This document shows, in pieces, positions 20,237 through 28,068 of a stretch of 61,942 bases of DNA. The position numbers and the translations under genes are program-made. The notes below the pieces were generated by a model. It was not told the DNA's origin. It was given only the letters and a program-made list of their open reading frames with translations, and did no database searches. The DNA comes from a virus (Duplodnaviria; Caudoviricetes): the IMG/VR virus record IMGVR_UViG_3300044533_000356, positions 1 to 61,942 of that record; one strand, written 5' to 3'. Numbering within the stretch: the stretch's first letter is position 1; each line of letters starts with the position of its first letter.

Positions 20237-20902
20237 TCAATCTCTCTTTCGGTTGTGTTCACAGGTTTTAACAACGCACCACCCGCATAGCGGTGTGGGC
20301 TTGGGGTTCCATACCCCGGTCTCATGCGCCTTTTCAATGCGGGCGACGCGTGTCCGGTAATCCCACCAGTACTCCTCGGCTTCACCGCGCAAGAAGCTGG
20401 CCTTGACCAAGTCATTCTTGACCACGAACAGCAAACCACCGCTGACTTTGCGGATGTGCGGGAAGTGCACGAACACCATCAAAGCCATCAGCCGTAGCTG
20501 CTCCCGATCAGGGTACTTGTTGTTGCCCGTTTTATAGTCCACCACGCGAGCTGTCAAGTTGTCATCGTCGATGATGAGCAAGTCGGCAATGCCGCGCACC
20601 CACACATCTTTGTCCATGAACCCGCAAGGGCGCAGGTCGGACGTGACGCCCATCTCGTGCTCACACAGCTTGCGACCGGGCTTGGCCTTGAGCGCATCGA
20701 GCATGTCCTTGACGAACTCAAACTGAGGCGGCAGTGGCGTGTCGTCCTTGATGTAGTGCTCGGCGGCCGAGTGCAGCTCCTTGCCGTACAGCGTAGCTTG
20801 TGTGTCAGTGAACGGGAAGTTCTTGAGCACCTTCACTTCGTTGTACCGCCGGGGACAACCTTCGTAGTCCTTGAGCGCAGAGTGTGACCATTTGACTGTC
20901 AT
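20237..20902 (-). CDS. PD-(D/E)XK Cas4/RecB-like exonuclease
   Basis: WSHS...CPR, GIADL, VVDYKTG, QLRLMA, C-terminal CGWC...C. Confidence 0.88.
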   Translation of the reverse strand: MTVKWSHSALKDYEGCPRRYNEVKVLKNFPFTDTQATLYGKELHSAAEHYIKDDTPLPPQFEFVKDMLDALKAKPGRKLCEHEMGVTSDLRPCGFMDKDVWVRGIADLLIIDDDNLTARVVDYKTGNNKYPDREQLRLMALMVFVHFPHIRKVSGGLLFVVKNDLVKASFLRGEAEEYWWDYRTRVARIEKAHETGVWNPKPTPLCGWCVVKTCEHNRKRD

Positions 20903-21210
20903 CAGAACCTCGCAGATTGAATTGCTTTGCTGAGCCTGTTGCTGAACTCTTCGACGAAGTTCTCGTCGTTGTTCAGGTCAGGGCGGTCCATGCTCTCAAG
21001 GATGGCGTGCGTCAGCTCATGCCAGAACGTCTCCTGTAGGGCCGAGAGTTTGAGCGGTATGCCGTGGTACGACTTACGCGCCAAGGTAATGGTGCGCTTG
21101 GCGTAGTGCACCTCACCCATGTACAGACGCTCACGCATCGCTTCCGCGATCTCCACGCTGTACCAGTTGTCCCCCACTTTGATCTTCTTGGGTAGTGTCA
21201 GTTGCTTCAT
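20902..21210 (-). CDS. Small HExxH zinc metallopeptidase-like protein
   Basis: ETFWHELTHAIL...DENFV; AAGGAG RBS upstream of ATG 21210. Confidence 0.7.
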   Translation of the reverse strand: MKQLTLPKKIKVGDNWYSVEIAEAMRERLYMGEVHYAKRTITLARKSYHGIPLKLSALQETFWHELTHAILESMDRPDLNNDENFVEEFSNRLSKAIQSARF

Positions 21211-21358
21211 TTGCTTTCTCCTTCTGTTTAAATTTGTTGGCCAGACCCCAAAGGTCCAGCATCCGGATGACAACGATGGCGCGTCCATCGGAGTCGTCGT
21301 ATATGGTTTCGTACATGCACTCGTCATATACAAACCCCCAAAACTCTGCGTAAGTCAT
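21131..21358 (-). CDS. Hypothetical protein
   Basis: ATG immediately after polymerase stop. Confidence 0.45.
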   Translation of the reverse strand: MTYAEFWGFVYDECMYETIYDDSDGRAIVVIRMLDLWGLANKFKQKEKANEATDTTQEDQSGGQLVQRGDRGSDA

Positions 21359-21359
21359 A

Positions 21360-23339
21360 TCACCCCTTTGCCAGTCCATAACGGCGGTGTGCACCGACCT
21401 CTGAGTTCAGCGGGATGCCGGGCATGTACTTGGGCTGTGCAATCATCTGCTCCAGCACCCAGTCCTTGGCTCCCTCGACCTCAGCGTCAGGCACGACACA
21501 GAGCAACTCATCATGCACTGTGCCCACCACGGGGTACTTCTTGTCCACCCGTAGCATGCCGTCTGTCATCACCACACGCGCAGTTCCCTGCACAATGTTG
21601 TTTGTTATCTTCCCCGCGTACAGCTTGGTAGGCTTGACGCCTGCTTCCCCGTACACCCAATTGCGTTGCTTTGTTTCTTTGTCGTATTCGTTACGTAAGT
21701 TCGGATACTTGAGGGTCATGCCCGAGGGCAAGACGATCTCTTCTTTTCTGAACGTAACGCATTTATACACCACCTCTTCGCCGCCGTAAAGCGACTTCTC
21801 CATCAGCTTGCTGCACATATCCCAGAAGCTCACCACCGGGTGCGCTGTGCTGCGGTAGATGTCGATGATCTTCTTGGCCGCGACGCAGTGGATCAGCAAC
21901 TCACGTTCCGTACAGGTGTGGGGAATCTCCCGGAGCTTCTTAACATTCTCGTCCCACCCAACGAAACGGTCGATGTAGGCGGCGTCCACACCGAGCTTCT
22001 TCGCAAACGATTTATCGTAGCGTACGGGAGGAGCGCCAAGGAATCCAACGAGAAGCTGGGCAGCGAAAGACGCCCAACCAAGCCCGTACCCACAGCCAAG
22101 CAGTGCCGACTTTGCAGATTGTCTAAGGTCTGGATGACTTTCTTTTGAAAGGCCGGGTATGTTGAACATCTGAGCACCGAAAGCGGCATAAGCGTCACTG
22201 CCAGACCGGAAGATGTCGAGCATATCTTCGTAATCCGCCAACCACGCGAGGACTCGCGGTTCAATTTGTGAAAGGTCCCCGACCACAAGCTGGCTCCCCA
22301 GCGGTGCCATGATTGCTTTGCGTAAGAACGAACCTCGCTTGAGGTTTTGCATGTTGATGGCGCTGCCCTTGGCCGCAGTCCAGCGGCCCGTAGCTGCACC
22401 GTAGTAGCTAAGCGGTACCGGGAGCGGACCCCTGCCCGATATGTCCAAGAACCGCTGCGCACGCGTGCGCTCGGTTGTAGACTTGACCCTAAGACGCGCC
22501 TCACAAAGAAGGGCAACGTCTTCACGCCCACCGTTGAGCAGCGCTTGAAATAGCGCGTCATTCTTTGCGAAAGCAAACGCCTCCTTGCCTGTTGTTTTAC
22601 TGACTTTCGTAGGGGGATTGACGCCCATGAGCGTGAGTACCTCCGCAAACTTAGGGTTCGACGCAAGCGCAGATTCCTCGATGCCGAGTTGTTTAAGTAA
22701 GCCTTCACGTTTTTCTCCTTCTTCTGATAGCGCCTTGATGAGCATCTCCCGGTCGAGCTCAAGGCAGGCGTTGGTGTACATGCGCAAGGTCATGTCGATC
22801 AGGCGCAGTTCTTTGGCGGGGTAGCCGGGGATCAGTCTCTCGAAGATTTCTTCGCACAAGAACACGTCGTGCTTGCAGTATTCCGCAAGTTCAAACTCCA
22901 CGTCAGGTGATAGTTTGATGAGACCGTTCGTGTTATGTACGGCTCTCCCTTTTTCGGGAAGACCAAAATCTGTTGCAAGTCTGGCGAGACTGTTGCCAAC
23001 TTCAACGCCGCGCATAGCTCGCGCCATCGATAGCGTGTCGAAGATGAAGGCGGGGGCAATTCCGTACCGCCAGCATAAAATTGAAACATCGAATTGTGCG
23101 TTGTGGGCAAGCACTGCGGTTCGGCTCCAGTCCACTCCATCAACGTACTCAGGTAGGTCGCGTCCTCCAACCCACACGATTGGATCAGAACTTCCATACT
23201 CGTGGAAGCAACACCCAAATGCTTTGAATCTAACATCACGTATGTACTCCTCTGTTGTCATCTTCGACAACGTGTAGTCCTTGCTGTCCCACCGTGTCTC
23301 AAAGTCCACGGCAATGATGCGGTTGTATGGTGCGCTCAA
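21360..23339 (-). CDS. Family A DNA polymerase (3'-5' exonuclease + polymerase)
   Basis: Exonuclease motifs DFET, AHNAQFD and YCKHD; motif A DLSQIEPR, motif B RQSAKSALLGCGYG, motif C VHDE. Confidence 0.95.
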   Translation of the reverse strand: MSAPYNRIIAVDFETRWDSKDYTLSKMTTEEYIRDVRFKAFGCCFHEYGSSDPIVWVGGRDLPEYVDGVDWSRTAVLAHNAQFDVSILCWRYGIAPAFIFDTLSMARAMRGVEVGNSLARLATDFGLPEKGRAVHNTNGLIKLSPDVEFELAEYCKHDVFLCEEIFERLIPGYPAKELRLIDMTLRMYTNACLELDREMLIKALSEEGEKREGLLKQLGIEESALASNPKFAEVLTLMGVNPPTKVSKTTGKEAFAFAKNDALFQALLNGGREDVALLCEARLRVKSTTERTRAQRFLDISGRGPLPVPLSYYGAATGRWTAAKGSAINMQNLKRGSFLRKAIMAPLGSQLVVGDLSQIEPRVLAWLADYEDMLDIFRSGSDAYAAFGAQMFNIPGLSKESHPDLRQSAKSALLGCGYGLGWASFAAQLLVGFLGAPPVRYDKSFAKKLGVDAAYIDRFVGWDENVKKLREIPHTCTERELLIHCVAAKKIIDIYRSTAHPVVSFWDMCSKLMEKSLYGGEEVVYKCVTFRKEEIVLPSGMTLKYPNLRNEYDKETKQRNWVYGEAGVKPTKLYAGKITNNIVQGTARVVMTDGMLRVDKKYPVVGTVHDELLCVVPDAEVEGAKDWVLEQMIAQPKYMPGIPLNSEVGAHRRYGLAKG

Positions 23340-23620
23340 TTAAACATCTCCTTGGGTGGTGCATCGCGCAGCAGCATTGCTTGCGCCATATCGTGTGCGT
23401 GACCGACCATCTCGGTCCACTCCATCTCGTCAGCGCCAGCGCAGAACGTCATCAGTGACTCCCCAGTGTCGATGATCACAACGGCTTTGTGGGGGGTGTT
23501 TTCGTTGTAGCACTTGGCCAGCAGCAGGATCAACTTCCCGAAGTGATCGCGCAGCCCCTCATCGCTGTTGCTCAAGGCCGCTATTGTTTTGTCCCACGAG
23601 TCTTGTGTCAGCTTATCCAT
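23336..23620 (-). CDS. Hypothetical protein
   Basis: Overlapping start/stop coupling in operon. Confidence 0.6.
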   Translation of the reverse strand: MDKLTQDSWDKTIAALSNSDEGLRDHFGKLILLLAKCYNENTPHKAVVIIDTGESLMTFCAGADEMEWTEMVGHAHDMAQAMLLRDAPPKEMFN

Positions 23621-23904
23621 AGCAGTATCCTCATTTCAAGTTCATCAAGGCAGGTCTCGTTCACCACGAACGTGAACCCGCCAGCGTTACAGATTGCGAG
23701 CAACTCACGCTCTTGCAGCGCAGTTACCTTGCCCTTACCGGCTTTGCACTCGATGGCAATGAACTTGCCGTTCTTGCAACCGATGATGTCGGGTATCCCC
23801 GAGCGCCCAAGCCCCATGCCCGGAGGCATGAAGTAGTAGATGCCCAAGCGGTCCAGCATCTTGCGCACTGCGTTCTTGACCTTCTTCTCGGGGGTATCAG
23901 CCAT
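23608..23904 (-). CDS. VRR-NUC nuclease
   Basis: PEKKV...SGIPDII...IECKAGKG..TALQ. Confidence 0.88.
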   Translation of the reverse strand: MADTPEKKVKNAVRKMLDRLGIYYFMPPGMGLGRSGIPDIIGCKNGKFIAIECKAGKGKVTALQERELLAICNAGGFTFVVNETCLDELEMRILLWIS

Positions 23905-24139
23905 GCTGCACCTCCTTGAGTTTTTGCATGTAGTGCTTGGCCTTGCCAGCGTCATCGCTGCCGTCCTTGCGCCCAGCACGCAGGCTGTACTTAATCACGT
24001 TGCCCTTGAGGAAACCGATGAACTCCTCGTGCGTCAGCACGGCCTCCATGATGTGCCACGGCTGGATCGGCATGTCCTTGTAGTGGTTGCCGCTGACTTG
24101 GATGTCATCAGCAGTTACTCCGTTTACGTTTTGTTCCAT
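23897..24139 (-). CDS. DUF3310 / T7 gp1.7-like protein
   Basis: QVSGNHY...GFLKGNVIKYSLRAGRK...D..KAKHY. Confidence 0.85.
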   Translation of the reverse strand: MEQNVNGVTADDIQVSGNHYKDMPIQPWHIMEAVLTHEEFIGFLKGNVIKYSLRAGRKDGSDDAGKAKHYMQKLKEVQHG

Positions 24140-24140
24140 T

Positions 24141-24479
24141 TCACTTTCTCCTTCTTTGGTTTTCGGGTTTGGGGCAATTCTCTGGTGGTACAACGACACA
24201 CCAGACGGCTGTCGGCGGGTTACCTCTTTGGCGCACCCATCTGTCGATGTATGCGTCAGGCATTGTGCTGAGTAGTTTACGAATGTTGCTGGGCTCACGC
24301 TCAAGATGGTTGGCCATTGTGCCAACATCCAGCCCGTCAGGGTTGACTCTTAGCAGTGTGCGCAGTGAAGCCGTGGTGTTGGTTCTCATAGTTTGTGTTT
24401 TAGTGGTTGCAGATACGGCTTTCATACGCATGGTAGCTTCACGCTCAATGCGATTGAATTCTTCGTCTTCTTCAGTCAT
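24141..24479 (-). CDS. Hypothetical protein (possible winged HTH)
   Basis: PDGLDVGTMANHL...DAYIDRW; coupled to neighbours. Confidence 0.6.
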   Translation of the reverse strand: MTEEDEEFNRIEREATMRMKAVSATTKTQTMRTNTTASLRTLLRVNPDGLDVGTMANHLEREPSNIRKLLSTMPDAYIDRWVRQRGNPPTAVWCVVVPPENCPKPENQRRRK

Positions 24480-24655
24480 GGCTTCTCCTCTTTTTCTTCT
24501 GCCTCCACTGGCACATCGCGCCAGTCACCAATTTCCACGTCTTCAAACAGCTCATCAAAAGCCCACCATTGCTGGAGGATGCGAACCCGTTTTCCTGTGG
24601 TCTCGGTTATTGGCTCAGTGCGCTCAACAAAGCGCAGTTTGTTTGTTGGTTTCAT
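24476..24655 (-). CDS. Hypothetical protein
   Basis: LRFVER...ILQQWW...WRDVP; ATGA coupling. Confidence 0.65.
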   Translation of the reverse strand: MKPTNKLRFVERTEPITETTGKRVRILQQWWAFDELFEDVEIGDWRDVPVEAEEKEEKP

Positions 24656-24984
24656 GCTTCCCTCGCTTTCAGCATTGCTTGGCGGCAGTCGTTCCAACCC
24701 GCTGCATATGCAGGAAGTTCGTCCTCGTTTGGCCCAATGGCATCTGGTACGGCTGGCTGTGCCATTGCACGGGTCATCTCATCCGTGTAGTCCGCCTCGG
24801 CTTCTTGCCACGCTTCAACTAAAGCGTCAGACCATACCAACCCATGCTGGCCGATAAAGTCGCTGACTGCCACGCCCAACTTCTCAATTGAAATCATCTC
24901 GTTGCCCTGCCTCCAGCACAGGCAAGGGCTTCCCACGATTTGCGGTCTACCGCAGTGTCCACAGTTGTATAAAGATGCAGTCAT
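24652..24984 (-). CDS. Hypothetical protein
   Basis: GWNDCRQAML motif common in phage accessory proteins; coupled. Confidence 0.6.
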   Translation of the reverse strand: MTASLYNCGHCGRPQIVGSPCLCWRQGNEMISIEKLGVAVSDFIGQHGLVWSDALVEAWQEAEADYTDEMTRAMAQPAVPDAIGPNEDELPAYAAGWNDCRQAMLKAREA

Positions 24985-25190
24985 ACTAATTCTCCTTCAC
25001 CAGTTTTACGGTTCAATTCAATCGCCGCGTGCTTGTAATAGTTGTGATACGCAGCAGCTTTGTTGTGCATATACAGCAACATGTTGGTTACTCGTTTGCG
25101 CTCGTCTTCACGCACCAGCTCGGCAAAGTGTTCAATGTCGCCATGCAGGGTCAGCCCGTTGGCTTCAATCAGTTCAAATACAGTCATCAT
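24981..25190 (-). CDS. Hypothetical protein
   Basis: FAELVREDER motif; coupled. Confidence 0.6.
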   Translation of the reverse strand: MMTVFELIEANGLTLHGDIEHFAELVREDERKRVTNMLLYMHNKAAAYHNYYKHAAIELNRKTGEGELV

Positions 25191-25378
25191 CTGTTCTCCG
25201 AGGGTACGAATTTAAACGCCTTGTTTGCGTTGATAAGCCCATACGGGCTGGCGGTAAAGTTATGACCCTTGTAGCAGTCATAGCAGTATTGAGTTGGCGA
25301 CTTGATGTCGCACTTGCACTTGCGGCAGAACTTCCACGGCTTGCGCTTAATAGCCTTTTCGCGCTCTTCAGGGGTCAT
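25187..25378 (-). CDS. Small CxxC-CxxC zinc-finger protein, copy 1
   Basis: CRKC...CYDC; protein identical to 26296-26487. Confidence 0.8.
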   Translation of the reverse strand: MTPEEREKAIKRKPWKFCRKCKCDIKSPTQYCYDCYKGHNFTASPYGLINANKAFKFVPSENR

Positions 25379-25611
25379 GTGTTTTTGGCTTTTAAAATAG
25401 CTTCGGTCATGTCAAAGATGCTGCTCTCTGATCTCAAAATCGTATCGCGCTCATCCTCAGTTAGCCCTCGCCAATCACGTTTCGGCTGTGCAAGTTCTTC
25501 TTTTGCAAATGTCATGGCTTGCCCCAGTTTCTTGGTCAGCACATCTTCAATCAGCGGCACGACAGCCTCACGCAAATAATCTCGCAACGCTTCTTCCTGT
25601 TTGGGGGTCAT
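25375..25611 (-). CDS. Hypothetical protein
   Basis: WRGLTEDE...EAILKAKNT pattern; coupled. Confidence 0.65.
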   Translation of the reverse strand: MTPKQEEALRDYLREAVVPLIEDVLTKKLGQAMTFAKEELAQPKRDWRGLTEDERDTILRSESSIFDMTEAILKAKNT

Positions 25612-25820
25612 GTGTTCTTCTCCTTGAGTTTGACTTTCGGCTCATGCGTGCAGGCTACTTCATAATCCAACACATCTTGAATGCGGTAACGAATCAGACC
25701 GCCCAGCTTGAGGTATCGACATCCCTGCTTGAGTGATCTGTCGCGCTCCAAGGTAGCCTCGCTAATCTTCCAACGTAAGGCGAGTTCTTCTTGCGTCATC
25801 AGTTGCTCTGGTGTTGTCAT
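25608..25820 (-). CDS. Xis/AlpA-like (MerR-type HTH) DNA-binding protein
   Basis: TQEELALRWKISEATLERDR...YLKLGGLIRYRIQDV. Confidence 0.85.
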   Translation of the reverse strand: MTTPEQLMTQEELALRWKISEATLERDRSLKQGCRYLKLGGLIRYRIQDVLDYEVACTHEPKVKLKEKNT

Positions 25821-26299
25821 TGCGGCCCCTTGTGAACAATCACAGACGCGCCTGTCTCTGGGTCTGTGTAGATGGTTTCTGGTTCGCACCAACAAAGAGA
25901 GCCGTCTGTCACGTGCTGCCGCTGTGCTGCGGGTGGGGTGGTGTAGAGCGGCTGCGTGTGAAAGTGCCCCGGCGTCCACGACAATCCTTTATCTTCGCCG
26001 CGAACATCCATGTCAGCCCACGCCACCGGCTCCTGCTGTGCTGCGGGTGGGGTGGTGTAGAGGGGAAGAATGTGGTTTCCTCCCCACGCCTCTGCTTCAG
26101 CTTTTGTTTTTGTAAACAACGGAATGGGGCCGTTGTAATGCACCGCCCAAGCCACAGGCTCCTGCACTAGTGCTGGCGTAGCCAGCGCCAAGCCGCCCAC
26201 AACGTCAATCAGCCTGTGTATCTCAGCCACCAGCGCGGCTGTCGTTTCAACATCCACCGGAACTACTGCTCCGGGGAATAGCCATTTTTCTTTCATCAT
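25817..26299 (-). CDS. Hypothetical protein with duplicated EPVAW...PLYTTPPAAQ module
   Basis: Internal repeat visible at DNA level near 25921 and 26036. Confidence 0.65.
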   Translation of the reverse strand: MMKEKWLFPGAVVPVDVETTAALVAEIHRLIDVVGGLALATPALVQEPVAWAVHYNGPIPLFTKTKAEAEAWGGNHILPLYTTPPAAQQEPVAWADMDVRGEDKGLSWTPGHFHTQPLYTTPPAAQRQHVTDGSLCWCEPETIYTDPETGASVIVHKGPQ

Positions 26300-26487
26300 C
26301 TGTTCTCCGAAGGTACGAATTTAAACGCCTTGTTTGCGTTGATAAGCCCATACGGGCTGGCGGTAAAGTTATGACCCTTGTAGCAGTCATAACAGTATTG
26401 AGTTGGCGACTTGATGTCGCACTTGCACTTGCGGCAGAACTTCCACGGCTTGCGCTTAATGGCCTTCTCGCGTTCTTCGGGGGTCAT
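26296..26487 (-). CDS. Small CxxC-CxxC zinc-finger protein, copy 2
   Basis: 63 aa identical to copy 1; six synonymous nucleotide differences. Confidence 0.8.
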   Translation of the reverse strand: MTPEEREKAIKRKPWKFCRKCKCDIKSPTQYCYDCYKGHNFTASPYGLINANKAFKFVPSENR

Positions 26488-26498
26488 GGCTTCTCCAG

Positions 26499-26533
26499 TA
26501 ATCTCGCAACGCCTCTTCCTGTTTGTCAGTCAT
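26499..26533 (-). pseudogene. Truncated remnant of the 25375-25611 gene
   Basis: Encodes MTDKQEEALRDY versus MTPKQEEALRDY; near-identical to 25577-25603, then diverges. Confidence 0.55.
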
Positions 26534-26625
26534 TTGATGATCCTCAGAAAAGCACCGCATCGGGCGCACTTGTACAAAGGTTGGCCCTCAACAGGCTCCC
26601 ACATGTGTTGCTTGCAGTTGGTCAT
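26530..26625 (-). CDS. 31-aa Cys/His peptide (MTNCKQHMWEPVEGQPLYKCARCGAFLRIIK)
   Basis: Fills the gap between genes; CxxH...CxxC pattern; below ORF-track cut-off. Confidence 0.5.
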   Translation of the reverse strand: MTNCKQHMWEPVEGQPLYKCARCGAFLRIIK

Positions 26626-26628
26626 GCT

Positions 26629-27132
26629 TCACCCCACCAAGACGTTACGCAATGCTTTGAACAGTGCGATGGCTTGATGCACAGTCAGCTTGTCGATGAC
26701 ATCGTCCGGTGACCACTGTTTAACCTCCGGGGTAGGCTCGGCAACGGGCGCTGCTTTGCGAGTGATGGTGACGATCTTGCGCTGCTGTGCTTGTGGCTTC
26801 GAAGCCTGCGCCTTGAGTGCCCTAGCTGACTTGAGCGGCGTGTACTCGTTGGTTGTAACGTACAGCAGGTGTGCGCTCTCGCGCATCAGGCCTTGCTTGA
26901 GCATCTGCCCAAGCAGTGAGGACACAGAACCGGCCTTGTAGCCTTGCTTGGCCAACGCAAGAGCGACCTCTTTGCGGGTCATACCGGGGTTGTCCCGCAC
27001 GAAGTTGAACGTGATGCGGGTCACGTTGTTGGTCACAGTGAAGTAGGGCTTGGCAGGCTCGGGCACAGGGGGCGAGGCAGGCGGCTCCCAATCGTCGAGG
27101 GCTTGGCGTAAAGCAGTTGCAATATCAGGCAT
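26629..27132 (-). CDS. Winged-helix-like DNA-binding protein (putative)
   Basis: FVRDNPGMTRKEVALAL...SVSSLLGQMLKQGL; AAGGAG RBS. Confidence 0.65.
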   Translation of the reverse strand: MPDIATALRQALDDWEPPASPPVPEPAKPYFTVTNNVTRITFNFVRDNPGMTRKEVALALAKQGYKAGSVSSLLGQMLKQGLMRESAHLLYVTTNEYTPLKSARALKAQASKPQAQQRKIVTITRKAAPVAEPTPEVKQWSPDDVIDKLTVHQAIALFKALRNVLVG

Positions 27133-27161
27133 GAGATTCTCCTTTTGTTGATAGGGAAAGA

Positions 27162-27377
27162 TTACTTGCGGCGATGGATGCGAGGCACAGCGAACCACGG
27201 CTCAGTGGTGTTGGCAATGACAGGGGGTTTCTCCGGGGGCAGTGGGGCCAGCTTCTCCGAGGGTGGAGCCCATCCGTACTTGCGCCACAGCGCCTGCACG
27301 TCAGCCCCACTGTTCCACTTAAAGTCGGGATGCCCTACCGGTATCCACGGCATGGTTTTTGTTGCTGCGATGTTCAT
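27162..27377 (-). CDS. Hypothetical protein
   Basis: HPDFKW...DVQALWRKYGWAPPSE; AAGGAG RBS. Confidence 0.65.
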   Translation of the reverse strand: MNIAATKTMPWIPVGHPDFKWNSGADVQALWRKYGWAPPSEKLAPLPPEKPPVIANTTEPWFAVPRIHRRK

Positions 27378-27414
27378 AGTTTTCTCCTTGGGAATGGTTA
27401 TTGTTTGTCAAGTG

Positions 27415-27603
27415 CTAGACATTTGTCAACATCTTTTTTAGCTGTTGTATTTGGTACTCTATGTTCTGCCTACGCCGCCATGCTTGGGTCTCGTCTTGCA
27501 GGTCAGAGGGGCAGTTGCGCACCTGATGTGCGGGTCTAGCGTAGCGGTCGCAGTCCTTGATAGCCTGCTCAAGCTCCGCGTGTAGTTGCTCTAGTGTTTT
27601 CAT
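27415..27603 (-). CDS. Hypothetical protein
   Basis: GGAG RBS; coupled to upstream small gene. Confidence 0.55.
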   Translation of the reverse strand: MKTLEQLHAELEQAIKDCDRYARPAHQVRNCPSDLQDETQAWRRRQNIEYQIQQLKKMLTNV

Positions 27604-27732
27604 TCAGTTCTCCAAGTAAAGGAACACGGCCAAGAAGATGGCCAGCAGTAGAAAAATGATGCGCTCACCTTTGTCGGTGATGGGCTCACGGTATGTGGGG
27701 ATAGGCTTTGCAGGGCCTTTGTATTTGGGCAT
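27604..27732 (-). CDS. 42-aa single-pass membrane peptide
   Basis: Hydrophobic C-terminus IIFLLLAIFLAVFLYL; fills the intergenic gap exactly. Confidence 0.55.
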   Translation of the reverse strand: MPKYKGPAKPIPTYREPITDKGERIIFLLLAIFLAVFLYLEN

Positions 27733-27734
27733 GG

Positions 27735-28013
27735 TCAAAACTCCTGTGGTGGAAACTCAAAGTAGTCGAACATGGCGTCGATGACATGCGCCAGCAACTC
27801 AAGCTGCTCCCACCACTCAGCGTCGCTCACATTGTCGTACCTACTCCAGCGCGTCATTTCGTACTTGTCTAGCACGTCATTGATCGGGCCGAAGGTCTGG
27901 CCCAACTCGTTGAACAACTCCACCGCCATCTCTGGCGTGAGGGCCGTGTTTCCGCTGTCAGATACAAAGTGCATCACAGCAGCGGCTTTGGCCGAGTCAC
28001 TTACTTTTTTCAT
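27735..28013 (-). CDS. Hypothetical protein
   Basis: AAGGAG RBS, 92 aa. Confidence 0.65.
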   Translation of the reverse strand: MKKVSDSAKAAAVMHFVSDSGNTALTPEMAVELFNELGQTFGPINDVLDKYEMTRWSRYDNVSDAEWWEQLELLAHVIDAMFDYFEFPPQEF

Positions 28014-28034
28014 TTACGTTCTCCTTCGGGTTGT

Positions 28035-28061
28035 GCTGGTGATACACCACGTATCACCAGC
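28035..28061. promoter_or_regulatory. Palindromic site A1 (GCTGGTGATAC-ACCAC-GTATCACCAGC)
   Basis: 11-bp arms, just after the stop of 28069-29190; one of six copies. Confidence 0.75.
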
Positions 28062-28068
28062 GGGTTGA

